Of a stretch of 64,000 bases of DNA, positions 29,013 to 38,432 are shown in pieces. This stretch comes from Candidatus Paceibacter sp. (GTDB lineage: Bacteria > Patescibacteriota > Patescibacteriia > S139-126). The stretch spans positions 835 through 64,834 of the forward strand of contig DYGA01000001.1 in the NCBI GenBank assembly GCA_020724865.1. Direction: 5' to 3'. The notes beneath the pieces are model-generated. The model made no database searches. It was not told the DNA's origin and worked only from the letters and a program-made list of their open reading frames with translations. Position 1 is the first letter of the stretch. Each line of letters begins with the position of its first letter. Made by a program: the position numbers and the translations under genes.

Positions 29013-32000
29013 TTAAGGACAACTTGGTCCAACACAAACGGCGTTATTGACAACACTTTGAGCATATCTTTGCGGATTTGCTCCAAAGCCCCAATTATCC
29101 ATAACTTGAATAGTAATATTATAATTACCCGGCACACCAGCATAAGAGTGATACAAAACATGAGGATCACCAGCAGAAGGCCTTTCGTTAAAGTACCCCT
29201 GAACAATAGTATTAGCTGAACCATCACCCCAGTTAATATTGTAACTACGTAAAGGCAATTGATCATTGGCGATATTGGTAGTAAAACTCAATTTAACCGT
29301 TCCGCCATCAGGTAAACTTACAGTTGAAGAAGCATCATTAATTAAAATATTTCCAATCTGAGGTAAAATACTTGCTCCAATATTATTCCAACCACCACCG
29401 GCAACTTCCACATAACGCCAAGACCCGTTTTCATACTGCCAACGATATTCACCTAAAGATTTAATAAACAACTGACTTAAACTACTTCTAGCTGAAACCG
29501 TATCAGTATTGGGCATCGGACTTGGAGTTTGCCAAGAACCAACACAAACTCCAAAATTGATTCCGTCACCTGAGTAACAACTCTTGGCAGTTTCATCATC
29601 AATACACAAATTACCATTACGAGGGCCACCAACACAAACTGAACCAACACAATTTCCGTTATAACATGCGTAAGGGGTGCCAGCCCTAATATTGGGTCCT
29701 GGATTCAAAGATCCATCGTTCATAGTCAAAGTGTTCGCCGCTTCCACATAAATTGGCTGATTGCCTGGTTCAGTTGGTCGCGAATCCCAAGTAGTAGGAT
29801 CATTTTCATTTTGCATTTGATTGGATCCGTCTTGGAAATAACGAGACAATCCACTCTGATAAACTGCACCAAAGGGAAGACTATCTTTGATATAGTTATA
29901 ATCAAGAGGCGTCACATTGTAACCGCTAAACTGATCAACTCTGGTCCAATAAGGATAAGCTGTGATGTCACCATTTGGTTCAATTTGAGCAACTTTTTCC
30001 AAAACCATACAAGGTTCACGCAAACTATACTCTAATGAATAACCAGCTGCTTGACTACCGCTACTACCACTATAATCATCCATAAATATATAATAAGCTC
30101 TTGGATTTCCTTGTGCTGTAAAAATAACTGCAAAAACTAATAGATCGCTGGAATCGCCACAAGTACCTTCTACCGGCCTATCTTCCCCATAATAAGCAGA
30201 ACTACAATAATTAAACCAAGCATATTCATCATTTGCCATGGCATTAGACAATTCAGTTCCACCATAAGACCCAAAAGCAGCTATCTGATTTTTACTCAAC
30301 CTATGCGCCCTTGTTAAAACAGCCCAATCAGGATACTCACCTCTAGTAGATTTTTTTCTTAAAAATATTTTTTCTATATCATGTTCAAAATATTTATTTT
30401 CAGGGGTACCACTAATATCACGGATTATATACCTCGTACCATCTCCTCTAGAACAACCACCTATTGTAAATCCAACTCCACTTTTAAGACCAGACCAATC
30501 ATCACAACTATTATTTTCAAAAATAAAAGGCTCTTGTCCTACATATGATGGATAAATAGTAAATGCTCCCCTTATTACATTTAATTTATAATTATCATGT
30601 GTGTAGAGCCCATAATTTGGATTAGAACTTTCATTACCCGCTGAAACCGCACAATAATACAACGGTACTTTTTCCTCAAAAACCAATGGTCGTTCATTGA
30701 TTTGGGCTACTGAGCCTTTGATAATATCAATTGGCCACCAGTTCACACAGTAAGCCGGATTTCTGGGATCTGCTTCAGCACAAAAACCTGGCCAACCAAC
30801 ATATGATTTAGTGCCTTTGACATAGTTACACTCAGGCGAAGAACTTTCCGGATATAAACGACAACGTTGGCTAACCAATGTTTCTGGATTATTTTTCACT
30901 TGCAAAGCTGGTAGTATAGTCAAACCATCAATAAACATTGTACCTTCTTTGATATTCAAAAGTTCAGCTCTGATGGTTATATTGTTGGCAGTATTGTTAA
31001 ACTTGATAGAAAACTGTTGCCAACCGCCAACACTATAATCCTGTTTAGTGCCAAATTGGCCTACTGTATTACTGCCTTGTAAAATTCTTATATTAGCTCC
31101 AGCGTTATTATTGTCGGTTGGAATATTTTCCCACCTAATAAACCCAGATAAAATATATTCTGAAGGTGACAACGACAATGGTTGATTTAAGAAAACATTA
31201 CTATTGTCGGCACTGGCGTTGTTAGGACTGATAGAAAGTTTTGCGGCTTTTAAACCAGAAATAGCTTGGCTATCAGGGGTCACCCGACAAGTGCTACCAG
31301 CACTACAATTTGAACTATCTGTATTCCAATAAGGAAATGGAGATTGCAGTGGCTGATTGGTAGTAATAGTGTCTTCAAAACTTGGGTTGTATAAAACGTT
31401 GGCTTCATTGCCAATTTGGATCATTTTACTATATGGTAAATACCCTGGAGTGGTACCATTGCCAGTAGCAAAACCCGACCAACTCATTCCCGCTTTGGTA
31501 TAACCACTCATCATTCGCAAATCTTCGACAGTATAAGGAGCTGTATATCCAGTAGCACCGCTGATTTGTTGGCCGACTATTTCAGTATCTGGCAGTTGAG
31601 GAAAACTATTACATTCGCCACTATCATTTAACCCATTACAAATACCTATATCAAAACATTTATCATCACGATTACCTTCACTATCATAAGCTTGTATACG
31701 CGTTTTACAATACAACCACTCTTCACAGACCCGATCTTTTTGTACTTGTAAAATTATATTGACACTATTTTCCGCAGGATTTGAACTACTAATCGGCACA
31801 CTGCCGTCAGGCGTGGCGGTGGTATAAGCACTAGCCGTATAAGCTTGAGGTGCGCCGTCAACTTTGTTAAACAGTCTGCAACCACGCTCGCGATCAACTA
31901 AACCATTGCAGGCAGCGGTATTGACTGACTGCTCTAAGTAAAAATATGAACTCTTGGTCACATCAGATTCGCCTTCTGGATCAATGTATTGACTACAACC

Positions 32001-35000
32001 CATTGCTTCTGGAGAACAAAGCCCTACCCAACCGTCATAATTTGGATCTGTGCTTGGTATTGGTTGCGAGGGATAAGATTGTAAATCTGGACAAAACTCT
32101 TCAGTGCCAGTTTTGTACCAATTAGCCTGAGTACGACCGGGTAATAATTTATATTCACAAGTGCGATTAGCCGGATCTATCAAAAAGGCTGTGGCTCCGG
32201 TGCGTTCATTGGTGTATTGTTCACAGTAAAGCCCGCCAACACCGCACATTGTCGTATTATAATTTTCTGGATTATCAATAATATATTTATCATTGAAAGC
32301 AACTACTGCTCTATTGTCAGATTGACGATTTAAAATAGCTTCTCCCGCCAAAGTACAACCAGCAAACTGACCAGCACAATATTTTTCTTGATCATCAACC
32401 AAGTATACTATAGTGTCAGCTGGCACCGTAACATCATCAAATCCTTGCGGATCAGAAAAGGCGTTATTGCCGGTGTTGTAAGTTTGACTATAAGGAGAAT
32501 TGGAATTTTTGGTATCAATCAAAGCTTTACAGCCCACCTTGGAATCACTACAGAGAGATGTAAAACTAAGCAAGTTTATTTGATTGCCCTTAACATCACG
32601 ATAAGCCTGACAACCCAACTGAGCGCCCACAAAAGGTTGATTACAAATTGCCGGAGTTTCCCAAGAATCATCTATTAAATAATAACTATCTGTTACTTCT
32701 CTAACTATAACATTATCTAGGTAAGCGTTGACTGCATTGGTTTGTAAAAATTCATAAGCAGCGACTTCCCGATCAAAATTAACTGGCCCGAGTCGATAAT
32801 ACTGCCATTCATCAGTCAAACTAACTGTGCCAAAGCTACGCTGCGAACCAGCTATGGGTTGTAAATCTGTAAATTGAATTATATTTTGAGCTTTAGCTTG
32901 TTTGATAAATGCTAATTGCTTGGAGTCTTTTTGAGTAATTTGACTAACTTGGTAAGCTTGAATTTCAAAAGATAAATTAGCCGCCGATCCTGCGCTTCTG
33001 GCCCAAAAAGAAATAGTATAATTTTTACCTTGTTTGATAATTTCTCTGACAGATTTATGTGCCCGAACACCTGACAACTGTAAAGAGTGTCCGCCTACAT
33101 ACACTGATTCACTAGAATTAAATCCATTAGTCCAACCCTCGCTAGTGCCAGATTCAAAATCATCGTTGACTATAATAGTAACCACATTACCTTGATTACC
33201 TCGATATTCTTTACAACCTACAACTTCGGCACGACAAGACCGACTAAAAGATTCAATGCCATAAATAACACTAGAATCCACTGTGCGACGGAAAGGATGA
33301 CAATCATCAGTAGCATAAGTTACAGTCATAATATCCCGTGACCAACTACTACCTTCCGCATCAATAAAGGTGCGACAATTTAGCGGATCATTAGTAGGAT
33401 CACAACTATTACCAGTGGGCGCTCCACCACCAGCTGACTGTAAACGCCAAGTTTTCAATTGATAACCAGCTGTATCACTACCTTCCCAAGTATAAAAAAC
33501 TTTGGCTGCTGGATCGTTGGGCAATATACACTCTCTAATAAAAGTGAAATATCTTATTCCTTCGCCGCCTTGAGCAACCTCATCTAAATTGGTAAATTGT
33601 TCACAACCAACATCGCTTAAACGACAGCTAGTTGCAGAAGCAGGAATTATATTTTCAATACTAGGAGTCAGTAAAGGATTTGCTCTTTGTTCAAAATAAG
33701 TTGGCACCTCTAAATATTGATCATAACCTATACACGAAGCACTGCAATAATCATTACTGCCTAAAACCGCGGGCACGGGTGGATCGCCATTGATTGGAGT
33801 ATATAAACTACAACCAACTTCAGCAGCCGTACAACTTTGAGCATAATTATCACATTCGGAGTCACGGTTAGGATCGTTGACATCAGCTGGACAATTCAAA
33901 TAACTTGGTGCTTTCTTCATATTTTTTTCCTGAATCAACCCCCATTCACCATAAGAATCAAGTATCCCAGCATCAGCATAAATACTCTGATTATTTTGGA
34001 TATATTGGAATATTGATTGGGTCGTGGCTTCATAACCATCAGGCGCAGTTATATTTGTAAGTTCTATGAATTTATTACAACCCTCGTCTTTCGAACTGCA
34101 AGTCTTTACTTGATTATTGAAATATCGCGCATAACTTATGTCACCTAAATCACTGCGATTGTAAACATCACCAAAGGTAATTTGATTGTCACTACCAAAA
34201 CCGTTGGTAGTTTGATTCCAAATATCATCTGCCCAGTAGCCACTTGGAGTTTTATACATACTGTACCATCGGCAACCAACTTGTGACGAATCGCAAGTTT
34301 GCATAGTAGCAGTCAAATAAGAAATTTTATCACTGGTTGATTTTTTTACATATGTTTCACATGTAGAAAACTGAGGGAGACAAGCTTGTCCTTGAAAATT
34401 CCAAGTATTTTTTTCCTTGGTACAATAGCCATATTTTTGACAGGTGCCATTGGGATTTTCAACAATACAAGTCTGCTCGTCTGCACAATAATTTGCTCTT
34501 TGTAATGATTCTTCACTAACTCTTATGGTTCCACCAAAACCATCTGCCACTTCAGTTTCAACGTTTACACGTTGTGATATTTGCGGACCCGGACCTTCTA
34601 TACGACAATCATATTCTGGTAATTTCAAAACCCAATTTGGATCTATAAGATGATAAAATGGAGAAGTTGAAGAACTAAAGGCCTGAAAGTTATCAGCTGG
34701 TGTACCCATAACTTGAGCCAGAGTAAATGTTTCGTTGTTGGTATTTATATCTTTGATATAAAGGGCGGCCAATTCCCAAGTAACCGGAATTATTCTGTAT
34801 TTCCGCATAAAGACTAAACTACGATAAGGGTAACCATTGGTATAAGATGGTTCACTACCATCACTCAAAAAACCAAATGGTTTATTGGGATCCAGATAAC
34901 CTTGCTCAATCGCTTGTCTGACGGTCAAACGTTGGTCAATCGCTGTCGCTAAATTATTATCAATAATACAATTATCAAATAAACGAGCTTGATTTTCTGG

Positions 35001-36089
35001 TGGACAGGACGAGAGTTTGCCCAAAACATCTACACTTCCGCCGCCACGAAAAGATGGAATTATAAATTCTGCATAACTAGCATCTGCGCCTCTGGTTGCA
35101 TAAGAACTGGCAAAATCTCTTGGACCGCCACCGGTAGCGCCACCTTTGCCAGCCAAAACACCTTTTTGTAATCTTTGCAAAAATTTAGACGCTAAAGTAT
35201 TGGTAAATGTCCGCAAAGCATCAGCGGCGATATCACCAGTCAAAGTGGTCCAACCAGAATCAACTGATTTTTCTGCAGTTGCTCCTAGCCAATTTTTTAT
35301 ATCCAAAGCTGGGGTCTTAATAGATTCAAATCCTAAATCACCAATCGGAGATTTTAAACTCTTAACATCTGATTCAATTGACCTAATCAAAGTGGCCATT
35401 TGCTCATCTTGAGCTCTTTTGGTGGAAATATTGGAATATAAAATAAACTGAGCCCCTAAATCATTTGATCGGGGATTAAAATATTGAGCTAACAAGTGAA
35501 AATTTTCTGCATCAAGTAATCGTAAATCAGGTTTTTGTCCATTGATGGATACGTTCAATAATTTAGTTTTTAAAATATCATTGAAAGTGCAGGTTGCTCT
35601 TTGCGGTTCAAAAGCTTGTTTGGTTCTTAAAATCAACTGTAATTTTATATTAGCATTATAAGGTTCACACAAACTGACACCAAATGTGCCTTTAGCTAAC
35701 TCATCCAACCCCTTACCAATCGCCTCATCGCCAATTCCTCTAATATAAGCTCCAATACCTTCATCCCAATACAAAGGTTTTTGTCCTTTATCACCAGTAG
35801 CCAGCCAAGTAGCTGTATCATAAGCTACTCTTTGTAAGAAATAGTCTAGAGCATTTTTGTAAACAATTTTAGCTGCCCTTTGTACAAAAAACCAAATTTT
35901 TTCGGCAATTGAAACTTCAATCTGAGGTTTGCTAACCAATTCAACTGTAGGAGTAGGAACACCAATAGCTTTAATATTTTTTATCGGCAATATATAGCCA
36001 CCTAAAATAAAAAATAAAAACAAAACCAAAAACAAAGATCTGATACTTGTCTTTTTTTGATCTTTGCCTGGTTTAATATTTTTTGGCAT
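29013..36089 (-). CDS. 2358-aa Cys-rich secreted surface protein with two CBM4/9-like jelly-roll domains and a C-terminal PKD-like domain
   Basis: Signal/TM; repeated GC..Y/CS...GC motifs; DDFESG..W..YTISFWARS..LTDEWQYY; NPSFED..WQQFSIKF; INWGDGS..HSY..PGNYNITIQVMD. Confidence 0.75.
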   Translation of the reverse strand: MPKNIKPGKDQKKTSIRSLFLVLFLFFILGGYILPIKNIKAIGVPTPTVELVSKPQIEVSIAEKIWFFVQRAAKIVYKNALDYFLQRVAYDTATWLATGDKGQKPLYWDEGIGAYIRGIGDEAIGKGLDELAKGTFGVSLCEPYNANIKLQLILRTKQAFEPQRATCTFNDILKTKLLNVSINGQKPDLRLLDAENFHLLAQYFNPRSNDLGAQFILYSNISTKRAQDEQMATLIRSIESDVKSLKSPIGDLGFESIKTPALDIKNWLGATAEKSVDSGWTTLTGDIAADALRTFTNTLASKFLQRLQKGVLAGKGGATGGGPRDFASSYATRGADASYAEFIIPSFRGGGSVDVLGKLSSCPPENQARLFDNCIIDNNLATAIDQRLTVRQAIEQGYLDPNKPFGFLSDGSEPSYTNGYPYRSLVFMRKYRIIPVTWELAALYIKDINTNNETFTLAQVMGTPADNFQAFSSSTSPFYHLIDPNWVLKLPEYDCRIEGPGPQISQRVNVETEVADGFGGTIRVSEESLQRANYCADEQTCIVENPNGTCQKYGYCTKEKNTWNFQGQACLPQFSTCETYVKKSTSDKISYLTATMQTCDSSQVGCRWYSMYKTPSGYWADDIWNQTTNGFGSDNQITFGDVYNRSDLGDISYARYFNNQVKTCSSKDEGCNKFIELTNITAPDGYEATTQSIFQYIQNNQSIYADAGILDSYGEWGLIQEKNMKKAPSYLNCPADVNDPNRDSECDNYAQSCTAAEVGCSLYTPINGDPPVPAVLGSNDYCSASCIGYDQYLEVPTYFEQRANPLLTPSIENIIPASATSCRLSDVGCEQFTNLDEVAQGGEGIRYFTFIRECILPNDPAAKVFYTWEGSDTAGYQLKTWRLQSAGGGAPTGNSCDPTNDPLNCRTFIDAEGSSWSRDIMTVTYATDDCHPFRRTVDSSVIYGIESFSRSCRAEVVGCKEYRGNQGNVVTIIVNDDFESGTSEGWTNGFNSSESVYVGGHSLQLSGVRAHKSVREIIKQGKNYTISFWARSAGSAANLSFEIQAYQVSQITQKDSKQLAFIKQAKAQNIIQFTDLQPIAGSQRSFGTVSLTDEWQYYRLGPVNFDREVAAYEFLQTNAVNAYLDNVIVREVTDSYYLIDDSWETPAICNQPFVGAQLGCQAYRDVKGNQINLLSFTSLCSDSKVGCKALIDTKNSNSPYSQTYNTGNNAFSDPQGFDDVTVPADTIVYLVDDQEKYCAGQFAGCTLAGEAILNRQSDNRAVVAFNDKYIIDNPENYNTTMCGVGGLYCEQYTNERTGATAFLIDPANRTCEYKLLPGRTQANWYKTGTEEFCPDLQSYPSQPIPSTDPNYDGWVGLCSPEAMGCSQYIDPEGESDVTKSSYFYLEQSVNTAACNGLVDRERGCRLFNKVDGAPQAYTASAYTTATPDGSVPISSSNPAENSVNIILQVQKDRVCEEWLYCKTRIQAYDSEGNRDDKCFDIGICNGLNDSGECNSFPQLPDTEIVGQQISGATGYTAPYTVEDLRMMSGYTKAGMSWSGFATGNGTTPGYLPYSKMIQIGNEANVLYNPSFEDTITTNQPLQSPFPYWNTDSSNCSAGSTCRVTPDSQAISGLKAAKLSISPNNASADNSNVFLNQPLSLSPSEYILSGFIRWENIPTDNNNAGANIRILQGSNTVGQFGTKQDYSVGGWQQFSIKFNNTANNITIRAELLNIKEGTMFIDGLTILPALQVKNNPETLVSQRCRLYPESSSPECNYVKGTKSYVGWPGFCAEADPRNPAYCVNWWPIDIIKGSVAQINERPLVFEEKVPLYYCAVSAGNESSNPNYGLYTHDNYKLNVIRGAFTIYPSYVGQEPFIFENNSCDDWSGLKSGVGFTIGGCSRGDGTRYIIRDISGTPENKYFEHDIEKIFLRKKSTRGEYPDWAVLTRAHRLSKNQIAAFGSYGGTELSNAMANDEYAWFNYCSSAYYGEDRPVEGTCGDSSDLLVFAVIFTAQGNPRAYYIFMDDYSGSSGSQAAGYSLEYSLREPCMVLEKVAQIEPNGDITAYPYWTRVDQFSGYNVTPLDYNYIKDSLPFGAVYQSGLSRYFQDGSNQMQNENDPTTWDSRPTEPGNQPIYVEAANTLTMNDGSLNPGPNIRAGTPYACYNGNCVGSVCVGGPRNGNLCIDDETAKSCYSGDGINFGVCVGSWQTPSPMPNTDTVSARSSLSQLFIKSLGEYRWQYENGSWRYVEVAGGGWNNIGASILPQIGNILINDASSTVSLPDGGTVKLSFTTNIANDQLPLRSYNINWGDGSANTIVQGYFNERPSAGDPHVLYHSYAGVPGNYNITIQVMDNWGFGANPQRYAQSVVNNAVCVGPSCP

Positions 36090-36106
36090 AAATTATTAAT
36101 TTTAAA

Positions 36107-36871
36107 TTAATTACCTTCTGCCCTGATCTGTTCATATATATCCATCAACTCTTGATCGCTGTAAGCATTAACTTGTTCGGCAGGCACACCATTGGCAATC
36201 AATAATTCTCGCAATTGCGCTGGGGAAGAAATAACCGGTTCAGCCGTGGTAGTATTATTATTTTGACCAGAAATTGTTCCTACTTGATTTTCAGTTTCCA
36301 GATATGCTTGTAAAAACATCTGTTCTAATGAGGCATCATCAATTTCATCCAAAGTTGCCTGGTCTAACCCGCTATTTATAAGTAATTGTCTAATTTCTGC
36401 GGGAGTAATTTTATAAGGATCTATCAACGCATCAGTAGTGACTTTGGCTTGACTAGATGTAGTTACTGTCTGACTATCTACTAAACATTTTTGACCAGCT
36501 GGACAAAGTGGGTCATTACCAGTTTCTATTTCCAATTTATCAAAATAACTATCAGAATCAGAATCTTCCAAATAGGGAGAAGTTCCATAGACATACAGTT
36601 CATCATAATCTGATAAACCATCGTTATCCGTATCTTTTGTTCTCAGTTCGGTTAAACTTTTAATTTGATCTTCAACCGAATTTTGTACCTGTGATTGGGC
36701 AAGAAGTTTACTCTTATCAATTTGAAATGGGCTTTTAATAGTATTAAGTATTCGCCACGAGCCAAAAATTAACGCAATTAAACCAATTATAAGAAAAAAT
36801 CTTCCTTGATTCTTAGGAACAGTAAAAATTTTTTTTAATTTTTCAAATAATATACCTTTTACCCTACCCAC
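36107..36871 (-). CDS. Membrane-anchored protein with Ca-binding (TSP3-like) DxDxDG repeats
   Basis: DTDNDGLSDYDE..YGTSPYLEDSDSD..D..EI..GNDPLCP. Confidence 0.7.
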   Translation of the reverse strand: MGRVKGILFEKLKKIFTVPKNQGRFFLIIGLIALIFGSWRILNTIKSPFQIDKSKLLAQSQVQNSVEDQIKSLTELRTKDTDNDGLSDYDELYVYGTSPYLEDSDSDSYFDKLEIETGNDPLCPAGQKCLVDSQTVTTSSQAKVTTDALIDPYKITPAEIRQLLINSGLDQATLDEIDDASLEQMFLQAYLETENQVGTISGQNNNTTTAEPVISSPAQLRELLIANGVPAEQVNAYSDQELMDIYEQIRAEGN

Positions 36872-36940
36872 ATTATTATAAAATATATTTTCTTAACTTT
36901 ATTATAACAGATTTTTTAAAAATAGTCAAAGTAAAAAACC

Positions 36941-37052
36941 ACTAATTACTAATAACTAATTGTTAATTACTAATGAATGACTAAATGAAATTAATTAATG
37001 AATTAAATAATTAAAAAATTCATTAATCATTAGTTATTAATAATTAGTAATT
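36941..37052. repeat. Inverted AATTACT heptamer array
   Basis: actaattactaataactaattgttaattactaatgaat ... attcattaatcattagttattaataattagtaatt. Confidence 0.65.
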
Positions 37053-37859
37053 TAATTCAGAAACTAACCTCTGCCACTGTTCTAAATCCAATTCCTGCGC
37101 TCGGGCTAATGGTTTTATGTTTAATTTATCAAAAATTGATTTGATTTCAGATTTTTCCATTTTCAATCCAGCTACTAAATTGTGAATAAAAGTTTTTCTT
37201 TTACTAGAAAAACCAATTCGTGCTAATTGCCAAAATTTTTTTTCGTGATTCTTATCTATAACTTTATCAACCACAATTTTCACAATTGCTGAATCTACTT
37301 TGGGACGAGGAAAAAATTTTCCACTTGTTACTCGTCTAACAATTTTTGGCGTACCATAATATTGAACGGCTAACGATAATAAACTGTGTTTTCCTGTCCC
37401 AGCGCAAATTCTTTCTGCCACCTCTTTTTGTACCAAAAATACAATCAGACTAGGACGGTTTTGAGTAGTCAAAAATTTTCTAATTATTTTACCAGTAATA
37501 TAATAAGGAATATTGCCAACTAATTTATAGTTAGTTGGCAATAACCTTTCATCATATTGCAAAATATCACTATTGATCAATTCTAAATGAGGACTCAATG
37601 GTTGTAAGTTAGCTAAAATTGGCATAAGTTTTTCATCAGCTTCGACAGCAATTACTTTTTTAGCTTTGGCCAATAACTTACTGGTTAGAAAACCTAGCCC
37701 CGGACCAATTTCCAACACTATATCAGTATCATTAATATCAGCGCTGTTGACTATCTCGTCATAAACTTTTTCACTAATTAAAAAATTTTGCCCCTGAATA
37801 CGATTGGGTTTAAGATTATATTTTTTTAAAATAAAAGATGTAGCTGCAGAAATATCCAT
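37044..37859 (-). CDS. rsmA: 16S rRNA m6(2)A dimethyltransferase RsmA/KsgA
   Basis: GQNFL, LEIGPGLGFLT, GNIPYYIT, QKEVAERI, PKVDSA. Confidence 0.95.
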   Translation of the reverse strand: MDISAATSFILKKYNLKPNRIQGQNFLISEKVYDEIVNSADINDTDIVLEIGPGLGFLTSKLLAKAKKVIAVEADEKLMPILANLQPLSPHLELINSDILQYDERLLPTNYKLVGNIPYYITGKIIRKFLTTQNRPSLIVFLVQKEVAERICAGTGKHSLLSLAVQYYGTPKIVRRVTSGKFFPRPKVDSAIVKIVVDKVIDKNHEKKFWQLARIGFSSKRKTFIHNLVAGLKMEKSEIKSIFDKLNIKPLARAQELDLEQWQRLVSELNY

Positions 37860-37920
37860 AAAGTAATAATTATAAATTTTAAATTATAAAATATAATTAA
37901 CAAAATTTATAACTTAAAAT

Positions 37921-38317
37921 TTATAATTTTATTTCAATCTCTCATTGTCGTAATGCAATAAGTTTACCCTTTTCCCAGTCAACAATAGTTGAAGACTTTG
38001 GTTTTGATTTTAGCTTAATCCAGTAATAATCAAATCGGGCTTAAATTTTTTATTTTTAAACTGTTTAATCACCTGACAGTCAAAAAACCGGGTCAATATT
38101 TTTTTACTAATTTATCTAATACTTTTGGCACATAAAAAAATTTTGCACTATATAATTCGTCCTTTTACTTTATCTGATAAATTTTTAACTCCCGGCGATT
38201 AATGGCATCAGTAATAAGTCCACAAAATGTTTTGCTGGGCATAGCTAATACTTATCCGGCTGGCAATCTTTTTACTAAGTCGGATAAAACTACTTCTACT
38301 ATATTAAGCAATTGCAT
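37921..38317 (-). pseudogene. Degraded TsaC/Sua5 threonylcarbamoyl-AMP synthase relic
   Basis: Fragments across frames: VLAMPSKTFCGLITDAIN..KIYQIK*, KKY*PGFLT, PDLII, SSTIVDW..GKLIALRQ*. Confidence 0.65.
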
Positions 38318-38324
38318 TAATGAT

Positions 38325-38432
38325 AATTATAAATTATTAATAACTAATTACTAATCAATTTTTGAATTTTTAATTTTTTAAATAAATTTAAATTACAAAA
38401 TATTAAAAATTATAAAATTACAAAATTTGAAA
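38325..38432. repeat. AT-rich heptamer inverted array between leuS and tsaC relic
   Basis: aattataaattattaataactaattactaat ... aattacaaaatattaaaaattataaaattacaaaa. Confidence 0.45.
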
